The notes under the pieces: generated by a model | Seen by the model: the letters and a program-made list of their open reading frames with translations, nothing else | What the model was told of the DNA's origin: nothing | Databases searched by the model: none | Shown here: positions 25,959-52,848 of the stretch, piece after piece | Layout of the letters: every line of letters starts with the position of its first letter | How positions within the stretch are numbered: position 1 is the first letter of the stretch | NCBI GenBank assembly: GCA_002269645.1 | Contig: NIVC01003374.1 | Coordinates: 37,282 to 101,281 of the forward strand | Reading direction: 5' to 3' | Length of the DNA stretch: 64,000 bases | Origin: Macrostomum lignano | Taxonomy: Eukaryota | Program-made: the position numbers and the translations under genes

Positions 25959-28900
25959 ATGGTGTCTCAGGTGCCAAGCGGAGCGGCTGCCGCGGCGTCG
26001 GCCTGCGGCAAGAAGCGGGCTCTGGTGCACATGATGTGCATCAACGCGTGCAGCGCCTTCTTCATCCTGACGGTTTCCGTGTCGACCGACTTCTGGATCT
26101 ACACCTTCGAGAGGGAGACGAGCGTCAACGGGACAACGAAAATCAACGCCATGCACTCGGGCCTGTGGCGAAAGTGCTTCGAAAGGAAAACCATGCCAGC
26201 TGGGAAAAAGACTCACTTTGTGTGGACTCAGGAAGCCAGTGAGTATCAATTGCATCGTTCTGTGTTTGTTTGCCATCGATTTCTCTTGATGATTAATGTC
26301 CAACACATGTTTTAGTTGAAATATCCGGCAGCAGAGACAACTGCAGCTATCACAACAGCTCACACGTTGTTGCGGCAATTGCTTTCATTGGCCGAAAGAG
26401 CAACGAGATTAAGCCCACTGATATTCGTAAGTTTACCTACTGTTGCAGCAGCTATAGTAGTGGGTACGTCTTTGTGGGCACGTCTTTGAGTTGCATGTCT
26501 TTGGGTTGCACGTCTTTGAGGGGCACGTCTTTGAGTTGCATGTCTTTGGGTTGCACGTCTTTGAGGGGCACGTCTTTGAGTTGCATGTCTTTGGGTTGCA
26601 CGTCTTTGAGGGGCACGTCTTTGAGGGGCACTTCTTTGAGGGGCATGTCTTTGAGGGGGACGTCTTTGAGGGGCCCATCTTTGAGGGGCACATCTTTGAG
26701 GGGCACATCTTTGAGGGGCACGTCTTTGGGTTGCACGTCTTTGAGGGGCACATCTTTGAGGGGCACGTCTTTGGGTTGCACGTCTTTGAGGGGCACGTCT
26801 TTGAGGGGCATATCTTTGAGGGGCACATCTTTGAGGGGCACATCTTTGAGGGGCACGTCTTTGGGTTGCACGTCTTTGAGGGGCACGTCTTTGAGGGGCA
26901 CATCTTTGAGGGGCACGTCTTTGGGTTGAACGTCTTTGAGGGGCACATCTTTGAGGGGCACGTCTTTGGGTTGCACGTCTTTGAGGGGCACATCTTTGAG
27001 GGGCACATCTTTGAGGGGCACGTCTTTGGGTTGAACGTCTTTGAGGGGCACGTCTTTGAGGGGCACGTCTTTGAGGGGCACATCTTTGAGGGGCACGTCT
27101 TTGGGTTGCACGTCTTTGAGGGGCACATCTTTGAGGGGCACATCTTTGAGGGGCACGTCTTTGGGTTGCACGTCTTTGAGGGGCACGTCTTTGAGGGGCA
27201 CATCTTTGAGGGGCACGTCTTTGGGTTGCACGTCTTTGAGGGGCACGTCTTTGAGGGGCATATCTTTGAGGGGCACATCTTTGAGGGGCACATCTTTGAG
27301 GGGCACGTCTTTGGGTTGCACGTCTTTGAGGGGCATGTCTTTGGGTTGCACGTCTTTGAGGGGCACGTCTTTGAGGGGCACGTCTTTGGGTTGCACGTCT
27401 TTGAGGGGGACGTCTTTGAGGGGCACGTCGTCATGGGCACGTCGTTAGAGGCACGTCGTTAGGGGCGGGCACATCCTTGGGGCCAAGTCTTTGTAGGCAC
27501 TTATTCAAGTCAGCTTGCGCCACGCAAACTACTGCAGAACGGTATCTTATATTTTTTCAAACTAATGGGGAAGGGCCGTGCCTCTCTGCCCTACTGGCTG
27601 CGCTACTGACCTAATCTAACCAGCAAAGGCACAGCTAAAAGTGGCAGCTAAAATGAACAGCTTACAAGCGCACTTAATCCAACACTAATTCGATGCTAAT
27701 CCACTCACGCTTAGCTTCCCTAACTCATAGTCTTCAGAACTTGCATTCGATCCCTGAGTTACTAGTGGAAGGCAGGATGGGACGTCCCGCACGGTCTCAC
27801 ACGCTGGCATTCGAACCACCCGGCGGCAGTGGCCCTAACACCCACGCTAATTCCCCAGTCACTTTCGCTAAGCCTGCTAGTCTGTACCGCGGCGCAGAAA
27901 AAGTCATAACTGAAGACTCGTCAGACTAGGAAATGAGCGCTTGGTCAGCCAGCTGGGGACACCTTCTTCTCTTCCTCTGTTCTCCTCATTTTCGTCTCTC
28001 CCTCTCTAACATCGTCTGGGGAGTTTCGGGACCGTCTTTGGAGGCCCGAGAGCCAGTGGCCAGTAATATGACAGCTGCCCTATGGGACCGGATATTGGAT
28101 AATTCATCTCGCCCCGGGGCGCAAGATAAAAAGTTGGTAGGCAAAAAGTTGGGACTCCTCCAGCTGCCGCCATGTACCAGACTCGAACTGGCGGAATTCC
28201 ATGGGACCAGCTTCATTAATTCCATGGCTGCCAGACCTTGGTCGCCTTTTAAATGACTCCCTCGACGGTCTTAAATCAAAGTATGACTTTCAGCGCCATT
28301 CTGTCTCTATTGGGTAAACAAGCACTTCTGCACAGATATGCAGTCTCGGGACTATTTGGTACCATCTATTCCTGCATCTCCCTCCGGATTTATGGCTCTC
28401 CGAGGCGAGACAGGGCAGTAGAGAGAGACGCGGATGGAAGAGAGTGCTGAGTCTTCTCACCGGACCTTCTTTGGAGAAAAAACAGTTCCCAACTGCGCGC
28501 TTGGCATAAATATGTCATACTGGGAGAACTATTCCGATTTAATGCACGTGCGGAAGGAGCCCGACGGCTTTGGCTCCGAGCTCAGCAGGAGGAGAAGCCG
28601 GATGGAAGCTGCCTCTGAATTAGTGATGAAGCAAGGAGGACTTGCAGCGGGTCGTCTTTCGGTTCCGATATTTTTTCTTCGTCATTCAGACCAAATGCAT
28701 GTGGTGTGGGTGGCCTAGGTGCATCTCGAGTGCGAACTGGTTTTCCATCGGTATAGTAGCCGCCTCTTTGTCTTTCTTAGTAGAAATTTGAGGCCACAGG
28801 AAGCCTATAGGATCAAGGATTGCTTGAGTAAGATCTGCGATCGATGTCTTGTTAATAAAACTCTTCGTTCGATGCTTTTAAACAGAAACTACAGTTGGCT

Positions 28901-31255
28901 AAAGCCCCTTGGTGCTTAAGCCCTTTGGTGCTAAATTGTGCTACAGTCTCGCAACTTTGTAACTTTGAGTTGTTTATTCCTCTGATGTTTCAGACGACAT
29001 GCAAGTGGCCAGTCTGTTTCCTATGGGTGGCCTGTTGTTCCTGCTCATTGGTTGCGTCATCACATTCTTCAGCTTCTGCGATCCGAAGACAACAATTATG
29101 ATATTCATCAGTGGTGCATTGTTCGTCTTCTCTGGTGAGATATCGATGCTCGTGTACCTTTAAACTATAAAAATTTTGCTTGAGCAACTTTTGACAACTC
29201 ATGGCAGGCTTTATGACACTTTTTTTCAAATAGGCATCGAGAGATTTCAAATGTCGTTACATTGACAGCGCCACGACATCTCTAGTTGGATTCCCTTTTG
29301 TTACCACATTAATTTGGGGCTTGTGCACGAAATTAGGCAGGTGGGTGTCTCGCAGCTATGAGGACCCCCCCGAAGCACAGAGAGTTTACCTGTCTGATGA
29401 TTAGAAAGTCAGAGCTACTATACAGCCTGTGTAAGCCTGCAGACAGTATTGGAGCGATTGTGTGTGCTCAGGAGTCAGTGGAACAGGGCAGCTCTGGTTG
29501 TGGGAGGACGTCGCAAAAGAAGGCATTGCGCTAGGGAGCCCTCTTACTTACTTACTTGACTTAGCTGCAGGGGGCTCCGTGCGTCCGGAAACAGCGAGGA
29601 GGCGTTGCCGCCCATTTCGCTAACCCCTGGCGACCACGGGCAGCTATTGCTGCGGTGTCGCGCAGGGAGATCCGGTAGTGCCGGTGTCCGCAGCGCGGTC
29701 CCCCTCCGGAGAGTCCAGGAGGTGGATTGTCGCTCGCCCGGTCCCTTAGGTAGCGGACGAGCTGGCAGAGATTCTCGGGCCTGAAAACGTCGGAGAGGTC
29801 CGGGTTTGGGCCGAGGTAGGTGAGCCTGTCCTGAGTAAAGGCGGGGCATTCACAGATAATGTGCTCCGCATTCTCGACACCGAAGAGGCAGAATGGGCAT
29901 TCCTCACTGCGGATTTTTCCCTGGAGGTGACGATGCTAGGGAGCCCTCAGCTCTCTTGTAAATATTATCAGTCCCATCTAACTTCCATGCATGATGGCAC
30001 TTGATATTAAAATTCGTTGCTGGAAATATGCTTATTTTGACCGCGATATCCTGATTACGGTCGAAAATACCCCAAATCTCAAGTGTCATTTCTGCTACAA
30101 ATCCGCGACCTTTCAGGCCTCTGCCTTCTCATCGGCATAGTCCTCTACGTGGGCAACGTTAGCCAAGCCTTCGACTCGTCGTCAGCTAACATATCGGGCG
30201 ACCAAAAATACGTCTACAAATACGGCTCATCATTCTACTTGTGCGTAGTTGGCTTTGTGTTCACCGAATTTGCCGGAGTTTTCGCTGTTTACCTGTACAT
30301 CGCCCGATCCAAGCACTACGTGAACAAGAAGGTCCGGCTGGGTGACCGGCGAATGGTGGCTGATGAGAGCGGCATCACCGTGCAGATCTCTGACTCAGCA
30401 GATCAGCTCGGCTCCATGCAGCAGCACCATCGGCAGGTGAGAGGGAAAAGGCTTGGTGGTAAGCCTGGCAATCACCCGTCTGTCATGACTATTGACTCAT
30501 GAGTGTGTACGCGAGAGTCAGGGCCATTTTAAACCATGCGATGCTCAGGTGTCTCCTGTATCGGCATGACCATATTCTTTCTCCCTGGTCGCGTTTCTCC
30601 TATCGAGATAAACCAGATCTTTAAACTTAACTGCAACCGCCAGGTACCGTTGCTGCCGCCTCCGCCACCGCCGCCTCAAATGATGTCGCAAACTACCCGG
30701 GTGGTCTCACATCCGCAATACCATCACCAGCAGCAGCAGCATCAGCAGCAGCAGCATCATCAATCAAGTGGCTGGATCGGTCACACTCCCAGATCCTACA
30801 GCGGTGACACAGCCACTGATGACGACATGCCGCCGAGGAACTTGTCCAACTACGGGCTGTCCCGCCAGCAACAGCAGCAGGTTCCGCCGCCTCCACCGCC
30901 GCCACCACCACCGGCCATTGCAGCCTCGATCTCCGCTAGTAACGTTGGAGAGTCGTGCAGCTGTCCCCAGTCGGTGCACGAGCTGCACTTGATGAACTCG
31001 GATGCTTCTGGCGGCCAGCACCAGCATCAGCACCAGCACCACGGGCACAGTCAGCAGAATGAGCAGCCGGTGCAGCAGCCGGTGCAGCCTCGCTATGTTC
31101 CGGGTCCCGTGGTGAGCAGCATCGGCACAGGAGGCTACCCAACACCACCGAGGCACCACAACTCGACTTCGCAGCCCCAGCAGCCGTACAGAGGTGGCAC
31201 AGCAGGTTATTACACTGGAGGTGGCAGCCACAAAGCCAAGACAACCCCTGTTTAA
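25959..31255 (+). CDS. CACNG (stg): TARP / stargazin-like (CACNG, PMP22-claudin superfamily) AMPA-receptor auxiliary subunit; exons 25959-26238, 26316-26426, 28994-29134, 30117-30436, 30644-31255 (487 aa)
   Basis: TM1 then STDFWIY...MHSGLWRKC, second loop Cys in RDNCSYH; VASLFPMGGLLFLLIGC; ISGALFVFSGLCLLIGIVLYV; YKYGSSFYLCVVGFVFTEFAGVFAVYLYI; C-terminus KTTPV. The four introns are GT-AG, phases 1,1,1,0, total 1464 nt. Confidence 0.9.
26462..27450. repeat. 15-bp minisatellite (CACGTCTTTGAGGGG / CACGTCTTTGGGTTG)n in TARP intron 2
   Basis: Direct reading; source of the 300-aa repetitive ORFs at 26433-27462. Confidence 0.96.
29544..29934 (-). mobile_element. 5'-truncated non-LTR retrotransposon (LINE) 3' end in TARP intron 3
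   Basis: The minus strand encodes RHLQGKIRSEECPFCLFGVENAEHIICECPAFTQDR (C-x2-C-x8-H-x4-C knuckle of LINE ORF2) and ends in a (TAAG)n tail. It is flanked by a 14-bp direct repeat GCTAGGGAGCCCTC at 29530-29543 and 29935-29948. Confidence 0.85.
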
Positions 31256-32411
31256 ATGATGTTAAACAGCTTCCCTAAACTAACCATGCAGAGCATTGGC
31301 TGGCCAATTCTATTGCTAAGGCAACAAAATCTTTAATAGGCCCAATATTTCTTTAAAACTCGTAACTAATTAACTGCTTACTGTAACATTACTTTGCTCC
31401 GTCTGCTGAACCGCTTTCTACAAAATATTTTTTCCTTGACGAGGTTACTGCAACAAGCATCGATTCATACTGAAGTTCGCATGTTTAGTTAGCTACAATT
31501 TAAATTCGCGCCAAAAGAGGATCGAAAATCAAGCCGGAAAAATTTCCTATTCAAACAAAGTTAGCGTATTTAATTGTTTTAATCAATCCAACTGCATGGT
31601 ACGAATTTAAACTGTGATGTTGTCCTAACAACCTAAAGAATGCAACCATTTGGCTGTCAATGTTGTCTCCTTGTTAACTTGTACGTCGAAAATTGTATTT
31701 TAGCTGTTAACTTTGTTTAATTTGTCAGACACTGTGATAGGCTACAGTTTTTCCTAACATTTGCTCCTGTTTGCACGCGCGAACTTCTTTTTGATGTGTG
31801 AGCTGTTTCATTGCATCAATTTGAACTGTCGACAGAAATTTCAAAAATTTACTTACAATACAGTTATAAAAAAATATTTCTCTTTCTAAAACCATTTCTG
31901 CATTATAATTTTCCTATGCTTATCGGTTTTCATTGTAGGGCTAAATAAACTATTGTGATATTTTGCTGTTTGACATTGCGAGTAGAACGTAAACTTATAC
32001 TGTTGATCAATGACAATGGTTGTCTCAGTATCCAGCCCCTACAATTACATGCATATAACTACCTTTGCCTCCACACCTGATTGCTTCTATTGGTAACAAA
32101 TTTCTGCTTTTGTACTGTATCACCTGACAATTAATCTTTAGAAGAATTAAAAAAAAACATTTTGTCGATTTTAAGCCTGCTGATTTTACTTTACTTCTCT
32201 GAAGCAGTTGCTCTAGAAAGTTCTCGAGGATTTTTTAATCAGCGCCGTGAGATGCAAATATAGTCATGCTAATCTCTGTGTCATTCTGTTAGTGCAATTC
32301 CAAGCTTCATTACTTTAATTTGCTTCGCTCTGAGCACGTGTATTTGCCTGGCTACTCAAAATATACTCGTATGAATTTTGAGCTCCGAACAGCTTATTGA
32401 AGTTCGTTTTG

Positions 32412-32973
<562 letters not shown>

Positions 32974-33155
32974 GTCTTTAAAAGTACACACTGGCTTTCA
33001 TCAATATATCTAGGGTAAATATCCTACTACAAAATCACACACAGCTGGTACAAAAAGACGCATTCAGAAATGCATTCAAACATCAATCAGTTGATTGTGT
33101 GCCTTAACAACTTAGCATTTAAATAATCGACGACAAATTAAAAAAGTGCAGTAGC

Positions 33156-35385
33156 ATGAGTCAAGCAGGAGACACTGTGCCCCTAGTGGAGGAGATCACG
33201 GACCAGACCGGGATGTACACCGCGCTCGCCCAGGCCAAGAGCCGGCCGTTGCTGGCCTGCTTCAGCGCCTCCTGGTGTCAGCCGTGCCGCGCTTTTGCTC
33301 CGAAGTTGGAGCGACTGGCCAAGCAGTACTGCCAGGTGGTGTTCGTCAAGCTGGACGTTGATAAAATGAAGGTGAGAGCAGGGTTTTAATTGTGTGTAAA
33401 CATTTGCAACAGGGTTAGGGTAAGAGTTAGGTTTACGTCTGGGTGTTACATTAAGTGTGTCTAATAAAGTGCGAAGACGTAAGCGTGTCTAATGTGTTAT
33501 AATGATTTCTAATGAAGTGTAATGAAGCGCAATGGTGTCTAATGAAGTGTAATGGTTTTTAGTGAAGTGTATTGGTGTCTAATGAGGTGTAATGATCGGT
33601 AATGAAGTGTATTGGTGTTTAATAAAGTGTAATGGTTTCTAATGTCAACGAAGTTTGATGGTGTCTAATGAAGCGCAATGAAGTGTAATGGTGTCAATCA
33701 AATATAATTTTAATAGTGTCAAATGTGGTATAAAGTCAATATCAAGGATTCATTCAACGCTCAACATTTTTTTCAATCTATCATATTTGAAATCTACCGT
33801 AATTTTTTATTTGTCTTCAATTTATAATTTTTTTCTTCACTACTCCGGTTTCACTCAGTTTTATGACTGCTCCAATCTGCAGTGTAGATCTGATCTGTTC
33901 TCATTTCCTCATCCTCTCCAACAAGACAAAGCCCACAGCCCCTGCTACCCTCGTCCCAACTCTCCACGATATTGACGCCGACTTTTCTGTCCCCAACCTG
34001 ACCCGAGCCGAAGTCAAAAGCAAGTCCTTGGTAGTTTTCTTTCGTTTCCCTTTAAATATTTCTCTTTCTCATTAGGGCTGCTAAAGCCGCGCGTTCCCTT
34101 GAGATTCTCGTCAGGACAACTCGAACGGGCTGGGGATTGGAAATCCAGGATCGAAGTGGATGTTGTTGACTGCACTTTTCATCTGTAGGGGCGAGTTTGG
34201 CGGCTTCCACTTTTTTTCCCTCCAGTAGATTTTTTTCGTTGTACGACTTGAGAGGCTGTGCTGTGTATTGGACGTAATCAGCTTGCTTCCCACGGGTCTG
34301 TGGGGATCTGGTGGGCCGGAGGGGACACCACAGAAGCTGAAACCGCAGATGTAGAGTGCACTGTCAACGAATAAACCATGAATTTTGTTAGGCCTCTTAA
34401 TATCGTTTGTTAGAGAACAAATTTTTATTATTTTTTTTGCTGTTGTAGTGTTGTCTTTCTTTACAAACTGCAGGAACATGTTGTTGTTTGACCAGTAAAT
34501 TGCTTCATGTTCTACTGGAAATAGTGATTTGTGTAAATTTGAGACTAATTAGTTAATTTAAGTCTAGAGCTGAAGGAATACAAGTAATAATGAGAGGGGT
34601 ATGGTGATGGAGAGTGCTAGGGGAAGGGAGTTAATGAGGCATGTGAGAGAGACAGGGGTGAGGGAGACATGGGTGAGGGAGACATGGGTGAGGGAGACAT
34701 GGGTGAGGGAGACATGGGTGAGGGAGACATGGGTGAGGGAGACATGGGTGAGGGAGACATGGGTGAGGGAGACATGGGTGGGGGAGACATGGGTGAGGGA
34801 GACAAGGGTGAGGGAGACATGGGTGAGGGAGACATGGGTGGGGGAGACATGGGTGAGGGAGACAAGGGTGAGGGAGACATGGGTGAGGGAGGGGTGGGGG
34901 AGACATGGGTGAGGGGACATGGGGGGGGGGGGGGGGGGGGGGGGGGAGGGGGGGGGGGGGGGGGAGACATGGGTGGGGGAGACATGGGTGGGGGAGACAT
35001 GGGTGGGGGAGACATGGGTGGGGGAGACATGGGTGGGGGAGACATGGGTGGGGGAGACATGGGTGAGGGAGACATGGGTGAGGGAGACATGGGTGAGGGA
35101 GACATGGGTGAGGGAGACATGGGTGAGGGAGACAGGTGAGAAAGAAAATGATAGGAGTGACAGAAAGAAGGGACCATTCGGCCAAAAGTTGACCTTTGAC
35201 CTGCACTCGCGCACCACCACACGCAGGACCTGGCCGATCAGCACGGGATCGAGGTTCTGCCAACCTTCGTGTTGTTCAAGAACGGTTACAGAGTCGGCTC
35301 CGTGTCTGGCACAGTGGACGGAAAAATTGAAGCTTTGCTCAGCTCACACGGAACTTATCCTATTGGACCTGGCGGTTCTGGATGA
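33156..35385 (+). CDS. TXN: Thioredoxin; exons 33156-33371 and 35227-35385 (124 aa)
   Basis: [24 protein letters not shown]...[11 protein letters not shown]|[20 protein letters not shown]: CXXC site plus cis-Pro motif; phase-0 GT-AG intron. Confidence 0.93.
33470..33710. repeat. Degenerate ~20-bp repeat (GTGTCTAATGAAGTGTAATG)n in the thioredoxin intron
   Basis: Recurrent CTAATGAAG(T/C)G core. Confidence 0.7.
34655..35135. repeat. 15-bp G-rich minisatellite (GGGTGAGGGAGACAT)n with a central poly-G tract
   Basis: Direct reading; poly-G at about 34921-34965. Confidence 0.95.
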
Positions 35386-36020
35386 CTGCATATGATCCAT
35401 CAATTTATTGATGTCTAGATACAGAAACACAATATTGCACCTGACATCCATACCTAAATGCCTTTATAGTACTTTCATATACGGTATCAGTAGTACTATT
35501 TACTAATTCATAATTCTTCTTAGTAAGTAGGATAAAAGTAAACTAATTATATAATAACAAAATGTCATTAATTAGCAGTACAGTCTTGCCTATAGGAACT
35601 AGTGAAGTCAGACATAATCAATTATACAACTACAATTGCATCGCATATAGTCTCTTTGCTTTAGACAAGCTGATGATGGCCTGCAGAACATAAAAAGTTG
35701 ATTAATTACTTAATTCTAGGATACAAGCATATATACTACTCACTACTGAACAGTAGTCTTTAGTAAGTAGAAGATGTACTTGTCCACGAAAAGCGTTTTT
35801 CTAGGTCTTTTTGATCCAATAATATTTCTGGAAGATGGCCGGACCAATCCAGTAAGGTTTGACGGCTGGTATAGCAGTCTGTATTAAATGGTATTTAAAG
35901 TGGGAGACTTGGACTGACACATAGGGATTAAACATTAATTCAAATATTTGATGTGGATTCCAAACGTTGTAAGTTTTCAATTGTTCTGCGCACAGGTAAG
36001 TCGCAAAATTGAACTTTTTT

Positions 36021-36450
36021 ATCCATCCGCTCATCCACCCATCCATCCATCCATCCATCCATCCATCCATCCATCCATCCATCCATCCATCCATCCATCC
36101 ATCCATCCATCCATCCATCCATCCATCCATCCATCCATCCATCCATCCATCCATCCATCCATCCATCCACCCATCCATCCATCCATCCACCCATCCATCC
36201 ATCCATCCATCCATCCATCCATCCATCCATCCACCCATCCATCCATCCATCCACCCATCCATCCATCCATCCATCCATCCATCCATCCATCCATCCATCC
36301 ATCCATCCATCCATCCATCCATCCATCCATCCATCCATCCATCCATCCATCCATCCATCCATCCATCCATCCATCCATCCATCCATCCATCCATCCATCC
36401 ATCCATCCATCCATCCATCCATCCATCCATCCATCCATCCAGCCATCCAT

Positions 36451-36486
<36 letters not shown>

Positions 36487-36568
36487 CCATCCATCCATCC
36501 ATCCATCCATCCATCCATCCATCCATCCATCCATCCACCCAACCATCCACCCATCCATCCATCCATCC
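36021..36568. repeat. (CCAT)n microsatellite
   Basis: Direct reading; source of the MDGW/HPSI ORFs. Confidence 0.97.
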
Positions 36569-36879
36569 AACCACATATATTTGTCTCCGTTTCTGACCAA
36601 GCCACTTGATCTTACAAACATCCCTCACTCAGCAGACGCCTAACCGGCTTTATCCATCAATCATATCGCACATCTGCCCACGCGTTAACCTCACAGCTAG
36701 CTAATTGGTCATTAATAAATGATTCCGATGGTCACTAGCGGCTTTAACTTTATCGATAAACTTGAATGATCTTAGCGAACCTTCCTGTCGATAAAGAACC
36801 ATATACTTTTTGATAAGGTGTAGTAAGTTAACAAAAGTTAACACTGCTGGAAACAGGAAGAGAAAGATAGAGGGTGAGA

Positions 36880-37535
36880 AAAGTGGGAGACGGGAGAGGG
36901 AGACTAAAGAGGAGAAAAGGCAGGGAGAGGAGATGAGAGGAGAAGGAGAGGAGAGGAGAGGAGAGGAGAGAAGAGAGAAGAAAGGAAGAGGAGAGAAGCG
37001 GAGAGAGTAGAGGGAGAGGAGAGCAGAGAGGAGATAAAGAAGACGTGAGGAGAAGAGAGAGGAGAGGATAGGAGAGGAGAGGAGAGGAGGAGAGGAGAGG
37101 AGAGGAGAGGAGAGCAGAGAGGAGATAAAAAAGAGGTGAGGAGAAGAGAGAGGAGAGGAGAGGAGAGCAGAGCAGAGAGGAGATAAAAAAGAGGTGAGGA
37201 GAAGAGAGAGGAGAGGAGAGGAGAGCAGAGCAGAGAGGAGATAAAGAAGACGTGAGGAGAAGAGAGAGGAGAGGAGAGGAGAGGAGAGGAGAGGAGGAGA
37301 GGAGAGGAGAGGAGAGCAGAGCAGAGAGGAGATAAAGAAGACGTGAGGAGAAGAGAGAGGAGAGGATAGGAGAGGAGAGGAGAGGAGGAGAGGAGAGGAG
37401 AGGAGAGGAGAGCAGAGAGGAGATAAAAAAGAGGTGAGGAGAAGAGAGAGGAGAGAAGAGGAGAGAAAAGGAGAAGATGGGAGAGAAGGGGAGAGGAGAG
37501 GAGAGAGGAAGAACAGGGAGTGTGATGAGAGAGAG
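36880..37535. repeat. Polypurine (GAGAG/GAGGA)-rich low-complexity tract upstream of the Cys-loop receptor gene
   Basis: Almost pure A/G on the + strand. Confidence 0.92.
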
Positions 37536-37883
37536 AGCGCTAATACAAGAAAGCTTATCTAGGAGGAGAGTGCCCGACATGATCAGAAGCCGAGCTCTAA
37601 TAGCTAGCCTGCATTGCATGTGAACGATCGCTTATCGTAGCACAGGCAAAATGTCGACTTAAAAATAGAAATTCGACAGCTAGTCAGAAACTTTCTCTCG
37701 TGGGGATTTCATTATTGCAAGTTTTTTACCAATAGCCATCTGTCAGTCAAATCTACATTTTATAAAAATAACAAAATTCAGGTAGGGAGAGAGAGAGACT
37801 GATCCACCTGTGCCGCAGCTCGGGTCCTTAGCCGAGTACTTGCAAGCCAGTCTCCCGAGGGGCCGCAGCTAAGGGACACGCGG

Positions 37884-51670
<13,787 letters not shown>

Positions 51671-51981
51671 ATTATTACTGCAGAACATTTATATGCTTCC
51701 TTATTGACGTGAATTCATATTTCAAATCATCAGACTTTAAGGTAGTCAAAACGCTTCATTTTAAAAGTGTCGATTCGAAAATAAAACTGCACCGTCATTT
51801 AAAGGAGAACAAGGCGTTTAAATTCAATAATCAAATTTCATGTATAGAAACTTTATATTGTATTTACACTAATAAATCTTTGCGATAAACATCTGGCACC
51901 TTGTGTGACTTGTTGGCATTTTTTATAATTGCCACAGTTACAACAACTTGAGAATTAATTTTCTTAACTAGCTAACTTGCA

Positions 51982-52848
51982 TGTGATTCACTGAATCTGA
52001 TTCACTGACTCTGATTCACTGATTCTCTGATTCACTGATTCTCTGATTCACTGACTCTGATTCACTGATTCTCTGATTCTCTGACTCTCTGATTCTCTGA
52101 CTCTCTGATTCACTCACTCTGATTCACTGACTCTCTGATTCACTGACTCTCTGATTCACTGACTCTCTGATTCACTCACTCTGATTCACTGACTCTCTGA
52201 TTCACTGACTCTCTGATTCACTGATTCTCTGATTCTCTGATTCACTGATTCTCTGATTCTCTGACTCTCTGATTCTCTGACTTTCTGATTCACTCACTCT
52301 GATTCACTGACTCTCTGATTCACTGACTCTCTGATTCTCTGACTCTCTGATTCACTGACTCTCTGATTCTCTGACTCTCTGATTCACTCACTCTGATTTA
52401 CTCACTCTGATTCACTGACTCTCTGATTCACTGACTCTCTGATTCACTGACTCTCTGATTCACTGACTCTCTGATTCACTGACTCTCTGATTTACTGATT
52501 CTCTGATTCTCTGACTCTCTGATTCACTGACTCTCTGATTCACTGATTCTCTGATTCTCTGACTCTCTGATTCTCTGACTCTCTGATTCACTCACTCTGA
52601 TTCACTGACTCTCTGATTCACTGACTCTCTGATTCACTGATTCTCTGATTCTCTGACTCTCTGATTCTCTGACTCTCTGATTCACTCACTCTGATTCACT
52701 GACTCTCTGATTCACTGACTCTCTGATTCACTGACTCTCTGATTCACTGACTCTCTGATTCACTGACTCTCTGATTCACTGACTCTCTGATTCACTGACT
52801 CTGATTCACTGACTCTCTGATTAACTGTCTCTGAATCAGTGAATCACA
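51982..52848. repeat. (CTCTGATTCACTGACT)-type 14-16-bp minisatellite bounded by 13-bp inverted repeats
   Basis: TGTGATTCACTGA at 51982-51994 and TCAGTGAATCACA at 52836-52848. Confidence 0.9.

Noticed and set aside
27575-27608. hAT/MITE-like end CTGGCTGCGCTACTG
   Set aside because: No matching opposite terminus or TSD was found in the window.
27930-28720. Short ORFs in TARP intron 2 as extra TARP exons
   Set aside because: The five-exon model is already complete and in phase; candidates contain stops in the required phase.
33860-34480. Coding-like patch in the thioredoxin intron (nested gene or LINE piece)
   Set aside because: There is no recognisable domain, consistent exon chain or TSD; needs BLASTx.
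35383-35420. Selenocysteine read-through of the thioredoxin TGA
   Set aside because: The TGA is not in a redox motif, the downstream frame closes after a few codons, and no SECIS was recognised.
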